DNA of 64,000 bases from Octopus vulgaris (lineage: Eukaryota). Below are positions 57,181 to 64,000 of the stretch, in pieces. The position numbers and the translations under genes were made by a program. Within the stretch, counting starts at the first letter, position 1. Each line of letters starts with the position of its first letter. The stretch covers positions 30,442,001 through 30,506,000 of the forward strand of contig OX597835.1 in assembly GCA_951406725.2 (NCBI GenBank), written 5' to 3'. The notes below the pieces were generated by a model, which saw nothing but the letters and a program-made list of their open reading frames with translations, searched no databases and had not been told where the DNA came from.

Positions 57181-57942
57181 TAAAAAGTTCTACCACACGA
57201 CAACTACGTCACCACTAATGTACTACCACCATCGCTACAATACATCCTAGCATCAAAAGCTAGCACCTCATGCAGCCTTGGCACTACTAATATTACTACC
57301 ACCAGCACCATTATACATTAACATACTTCATACCACCACATAACTGCCACCGCAACACCAATATCACAGACACTGCCGCCAATACTATACTGCATTAGAA
57401 TATATAGCATTTAAAACTACCGCGGCGCCACCACTGCCACGGCACCACCACTACCACATCGCCACAACTAACACCTTGACCATTCTCGCACGTTACATTT
57501 ATGATTTACTTCCTATCAACACTAGCACACCACTACCGCACTACTCCCTATACTGTTTATATCACTACCACAATACCACTACAGTGCTGCTGACAATGAT
57601 ACAATTCCCCCCAACCACCACAGACTTCTACAACAACCACGACCTCTTCCTATACTATATATAACGGAATACATCATATATATAACATCACCTCGCTTAA
57701 CACTCCACACCACAGGGCCAGTATGATCGCAACACAACCGGTATGAACACCACCAACATCGCCAGCACCGGTACCACATTACTACAGCCAACACACCACC
57801 AGGGTCCCATCTACACCACATCATGCCGCAACCCAACACGTTTTGTTTTATTTACTGTTCACGCAAGAATGTCTTTCTTTTAAACCAACAACCCAATGGT
57901 GAACAAGCACGCACGTAATTTGGTAAACGTATATATACATAC

Positions 57943-57981
<39 letters not shown>

Positions 57982-58152
57982 TACGTACATGCATATAACG
58001 TACGTACATATATATGTGTGTATGTGTGGATATATCGTACATCATAAGAATCTTCTCGGCATATCAATGCACAAACGCACACATACACACATACACACAC
58101 ATATATGTATGTATATCTATATATGTATAGATATATTTAAAGCTTTGGCGCC

Positions 58153-58194
<42 letters not shown>

Positions 58195-58235
58195 TATATA
58201 TATATATATACATATATATATATTTATATATATGT

Positions 58236-58283
<48 letters not shown>

Positions 58284-58599
58284 ATATGTATATATACGTA
58301 TATATGTATATATATTGATGTATGTTTACACCAGTGTACAGCTAAAACACGCTTAAACGTTCATATCATAGACAAAATGTATAACGCATAATGTTAAATG
58401 ATGCATGGATAGATTCATTACCTACAAGGTGTTTTATATACGCATACATACATATATATATATATAGACGTATACACACATGCAATGCACACACAGACGC
58501 ACATACATACATGCATACATACATACATACACATATATTTATGGACATATACATGTATATATATATAAATATATATATATATGTATGTATATATGTATG

Positions 58600-58638
<39 letters not shown>

Positions 58639-59565
58639 GTTTATGTATGTATGTCTAGCATTACGGATTTATTAGAGAATAAATGATATGCGTGTATTCA
58701 TTCATCATTTATTATTTACACACACACACATCCACACACACGTACTTACGTGTGTGAACGAAGAAGAAAGAAAGGACAAAGAAAAGAGAATACGAGGGAG
58801 GAAGAAGGAAATATAAAGAGAAAGATGAGAGATAAATAGTAGGAAAAAGAGAGAAAGTTAAAGATAAAGTGATAGATAACGAGAGAGAGGGAGAAAGACA
58901 GAGAGAAAGACAGAGATAAACATAGAAAGTGAAAGTGAAAGTACGAGAGAACTTGAGATAGTGGAAACGGAAGTGAAGCGACAAAAAGAAAGATAACTCT
59001 TCATAAATCTACATGCAGCTTTGTGTGCACTGATTTATTGAGAACTCGTTAGAGATGGACACAAATTCCCCGTCATGCAATTCAACGAACGCATCGCGTT
59101 TGTCTCTAGGAATTCTTTTACTTAGAAATAAGACACGTTTTCGAAAGTTTCCGAAAACTACCGAAAGCGCCTTAGCCAAAAACTGTTCCTCCCATCTTTA
59201 CCCCCAGCTGAACTCAACCCGAAACAGCTATGCACTATATTTCCATCACATGACTTAACGCCTCGATGGTCTTTCTCATCACTCAGTCTTCTTCGACTAG
59301 CCTCTAGCTTGGCAGCTTGGTCAGCGTAAAAGAGTTCTTATACTTGGCCAAATGTCGAACTAACTGGCTGACCAGACAGAATAGATGTCACCCATGTATG
59401 TATGTATGTATGTATGTATGTATGTATGTATGTATGTATGTATGCGTTTATCAATCTATCTATCTATCTATGTACCTATCTGTCAGCCAGTCAGTCAGTC
59501 TGTCTGTTTATCGAAGTATACAAATAGATAGATAGATAGACACACAAACACACAGACAGATAGAT

Positions 59566-59628
<63 letters not shown>

Positions 59629-59751
59629 TAGATAGATAGATAGAAATAAGTAGATAGACAGAAAGCCAGCTAGCTAGCTAGAGAGATATGTAGCTACTTA
59701 CATCGGAAGACAGACAGACAGACAGACAGACAGACAGGCTGACAGGCAGAC

Positions 59752-59831
<80 letters not shown>

Positions 59832-60399
59832 GCACAGTCACATAAATGTTTTATGTGCGTATGTATGTATACGCTAAATATATGCACTTGTATATATAAG
59901 TGGATACATATATATATAAAGTGTATATGTATATAAAGTGTATATATATATATGTGTGTGTGTGTGCATGTATGTGTGTGTGTATGGATGTAAGCATCTA
60001 GGCATGTATAAATATATTTTATGTACACCTGAATACATGCGCATATTTGTATATAGACGTGTATATGTGTGTGGATGTGCATTTCCTCTGTGTAGTTTGT
60101 CATGACAGTAGATCAGCTAGTCACGTGTTCAAGTGCAGATCATGACTGATTGAACCAAATCAAAACAGCCATTTCTCAAACGTTCCCTAGAGTACGTCGT
60201 CTACATTAGCATAGAACTAAACACCTACCTAATCACGTCAGTGGCGGTGGCTACGATTCTGGCGGTGGTGGTGGTGGTGGTGATGGCAGAGTGGTTGGAG
60301 TGGTGGAGATAGTGCTGATGGTTTTGGTGGCAGTGCTACGGGTAGTGATGCTTGTGTCCGCGTTGGAGGTGCTGGAAGTAGCTATGATGGAGATGTTAC

Positions 60400-60775
60400 A
60401 TTTTGCTATGGTAAATTTATAGCAGTGACTATGGTGGAGGTATTGTTAGCGGCTTTGGAGGAGGCGTTAATACTGGTTATGGTGAAAGTATTGGTTTCGT
60501 CTACGATGGAAGTGTTGCTAGTGTCTATGGTGAAGGTGTTGATGGTGGGTATGGTGGAGGTGTTATTAGTAGCTATAGTCGAGTTGTTGTGAGTGGCTAT
60601 GGTGGAGGTGTTGGCGGTGACCACAGTGGAGGTGTTAATGGTGGTGTTGAGAGATGTTATGGTAGACATGTTGGCGGTGACCATATACTGGAGGCGTTGG
60701 TAGCGGCTATGGTGGCGGTGTTGGTGGTGACCACGGTGGAGGTGTTAATCGTGGGTATGGTGGAGATGTTGAAAG
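60400..60775. repeat. 24-bp degenerate minisatellite (CTATGGTGGAGGTGTTGGYGGTGA-like)
   Basis: ATGGTGGAGGTGTT recurs with a period of about 24 nt. Confidence 0.8.
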
Positions 60776-60939
60776 TTGTTATGTATATATATATACATAT
60801 ACATATATATATATATATTTAGATTCAGATGAATATGGTACTTAAGTTGAAGCAGTACAATTTGGTGCGGTATTATCCATAGAATTTCAAAGTAAGGCGA
60901 TTAAAATCAAAATAAGCAACAAGGATATCCAGAGGTAAT

Positions 60940-61024
60940 GCAGTACGATCGTTTCATGCAGCTCCATTGAATTGAACAATGCATCCATTACTTTAATTTA
61001 AAATGCAGATCACTCTTCAGCTGC
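60940..61024 (-). ncRNA. Type I hammerhead-like motif with intact core
   Basis: Minus strand: GCAG-CTGAAGA-GTG..(about 50 nt)..CAT-GAAA-CGATCG-TA-CTGC. Palindromic stem III. Confidence 0.7.
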
Positions 61025-61370
61025 CCAAAGATATAGAATTAAATTAACTTAAATTAGAACACATATATATGTATGTATGCATGTATGTATGTATGTATGT
61101 ATGAATGTATGTATGTATGTATGTACGTATGTAGTATGTATATACTTTCTTGGAAGAGGATGCGTGGCGTTCAATCATATAATAATATAAATAATATATA
61201 TGCATATGTGGGCACAGAACGCGTACAACAAAACACATACGCGAGTAGGAGTAGATGGAATATGAACTACTTTTCGAACAACGAAAGACACAAATGGAAA
61301 ACAAGACAAACAACATAAAAAAAACGACCCTTCATCATTTGTTGGGTGTTTTTCTAGTCTCATATTATAT

Positions 61371-61458
61371 AAGCTACGCGACATATGGCGGGAAAACTCC
61401 AGTGTTTTTAATTCTATTTGAAAACACTTGCGTTTTCCCGCCATATGCCGCGTAACTT
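61371..61458. repeat. 88-bp stem-loop (mini-MITE or pre-miRNA-like hairpin)
   Basis: AAGCTACGCGACATATGGCGGGAAAAC..AGTGTTTT / AAAACACT..GTTTTCCCGCCATATGCCGCGTAACTT. Confidence 0.85.
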
Positions 61459-61838
61459 TTTTAGTATATTTCTATTACGATAGTTTATATGTGTCCATAT
61501 ATGTATACGTACAAGGTGATTGTGTAAGAACTGTATGTATGAAGATCCCAAGTTCATAAGCACACAGTCACACTCAGAAATAAATGAGAGATAAATGTAT
61601 GCATTGCATAAAACGAACGGTTACAGAAACAAAATTATACGCACATCTTATGTATATGCACGTACCACACACAGACACACACAAACACATAAACACGTGC
61701 ACACACAAACACACACACATACATATATATATATATATGCATATATGAGTATATATTGCGTGCTTGCTCGGATGTGGGCGTGTGTGTTGGTTATTTGTAT
61801 TTGTGAGCTGTTATAGATTTTGTGTAATATATTTAAGC

Positions 61839-61912
<74 letters not shown>

Positions 61913-61964
61913 GTATCTGTACGTGTTTAGGTGTGTGTGTGTGAGTGCGCGGGCGTACACATAC

Positions 61965-62033
<69 letters not shown>

Positions 62034-62059
62034 GAAATAATAATAATAATAATAACAAC

Positions 62060-62113
<54 letters not shown>

Positions 62114-62116
62114 TAA

Positions 62117-62198
<82 letters not shown>

Positions 62199-62212
62199 TA
62201 TTATTATTATTA
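61965..62212. repeat. (AAT)n switching directly to (ATT)n
   Basis: Strand switch at about 62114. Confidence 0.9.
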
Positions 62213-62390
62213 TATATGCAGGTGTGTGAGAGTGTATATAAGAATATAAAGAAGACTCAAGAAACAGGTAGATCGATAATGATCCTATATATGTGTTGCA
62301 TTTAGAATAAGCATATATATATACATATATATATATAAATATAAATATATATATTTAGGTATATATATTTATATATATATATATATATAT

Positions 62391-62433
<43 letters not shown>

Positions 62434-62486
62434 GGGTAAAACAATGCATATATGATGGTCTTTACATATCTGCATGAATGTATATG

Positions 62487-62533
<47 letters not shown>

Positions 62534-62538
62534 GTCTG

Positions 62539-62593
<55 letters not shown>

Positions 62594-63349
62594 GTCTATC
62601 TATCTATCTATACATTACCGTTTGATCCAGCATCATGTATGTTGCGTGTTTGAGCAGATGAAAGATTACATTGTATAAAATAACAATTCCATGGCACCAC
62701 GGCGCCACTACTGCCACCACCATCTCCAGCCCCACTACGAGATTATTCTTCTGCTACCACCACCTCAACATTTTCATCACCGCCGCCGCCGGCACCACCA
62801 CCACCACTACCATCAACACCACCACCACCACCACCACCACCACCACCACCATTGCCCCCACCACCACCACCACCACCACCACCACCACCACCGCCACACC
62901 ACCACCAACACCACCACCACCACCACTAATACTACCACAACTACTTGCAAGATCCATAACCTCACTCACCGAAATATCATGATCACCATCACCATTATCA
63001 TTACCATTGCTGTTATATTTTTACTATTATTGCCTGCATCACGACAACCATGATGACGACGACGACCACCACCACCACTACCACCACCACCACCACCACC
63101 AGCAACGACTACTACTACAACTATTTTACCAGCGTCTGGAACACCATGACTCGCACTACCTCCACTGTCATAACTACCATTAATCGCACCACCAGTAACA
63201 CTACAACAATTACTAACAAAATAAAAAACACCACTATTGTCGCCTCCAACATCATTCATCTTATCGGTGCCACCAGTGCCTCCACTTTCACTTTCACAAT
63301 CACCGTCACTGCTAATATTGCCATCACATGACCACAGTAACCATTAATG

Positions 63350-63502
63350 TTGAATTCAACTATGGCACAAAGCCACCAATTTCGGGTGGTGTGGATAGAT
63401 GTAAGTCAATTTCATCTTCCCACCCCATTATTCAACTGGTACTTATTTTATCGATCTCGAAAAGATAGAAAGCAAAAGCGACGTCGGAGGAATTTGAACT
63501 CA
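63350..63502 (-). mobile_element. SINE family B, degraded
   Basis: CTGGTACTTATTTTATCGA...GGAATTTGAACTC. Confidence 0.7.
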
Positions 63503-63654
63503 TTTTAATGAATTTTAATTACCTTTTTTCTGATGATATCTGAAAGAAACAGCTATTTTAGCAAAACATATTAAGCAACACTAATAATAAATCAAAAATC
63601 ATAAAAATAAACAAGCTTTTGACGGTTTTATGGATATTTCAAAAGTATGATACT

Positions 63655-64000
63655 ATGATGCGAGGTGTTACCATTGTTTTGTTCGACCACTGCGACCTCA
63701 CATCCCAGGTCTTACTATCATACTCAAATTCGGTATGTGACACACTAATTGTATACATAAGACAACATAATATAGTCATATGCAATATATATTGCCCACC
63801 GGATGCCCTAAACCACATAGGCAAGTTTGAAGATTGCCTCACAAGAATTAAAGAAATCCTCATGAATCTGGAACACCACGTGACCATATTTCTTATGGGT
63901 GATTTCAACTTCCCCAACGTCAAATGGTCTCATACTCTCAGGAATGACTCATTGCAAGCTAACACAGGTGGAGCTCAACCTCAGCAATACCCTATTCATT
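63655..64000 (+). pseudogene. CR1/L2-group LINE APE-type endonuclease fragment (runs off the window)
   Basis: Open frame ...VLLSYSNSVCDTLIVYIRQHNIVICNIYCPPD...IFLMGDFNFPNVKW (IYxPP and GDFN motifs). Confidence 0.85.

Overview
Non-coding, repeat-saturated eukaryotic DNA. The extreme microsatellite density and the recurring tRNA-headed SINE families suggest an octopus (coleoid cephalopod) intron or intergenic region; this is an inference from recalled repeat families, not a database result. I found no credible host protein-coding exon, and almost all listed ORFs are translations of (TA)n, (CA)n, (TATC)n or (GGT/ACC)n tracts. Recognisable content: about 30 copies or fragments of 4-5 SINE families; decayed LINE fragments (RTE-like, Tx1/L1 zf-RVT, R4/Dong-like RT plus RLE, two CR1-like pieces); Penelope-like GIY-YIG and RT remnants; an internally deleted mariner split by a SINE dimer; a roughly 390-bp fold-back palindrome of a Helitron 3' end; a tandem MITE-like array; and minisatellites. 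The most interesting signal is at least 8 type I hammerhead-ribozyme-like motifs on both strands. Most sit in short non-coding islands embedded in (TA)n tracts, and one lies directly downstream of a Penelope GIY-YIG remnant, suggesting several (TA)n-associated Penelope/retrozyme-like families. Several inverted structures could form dsRNA if transcribed. Repeat boundaries are approximate, about +/-10-20 bp.
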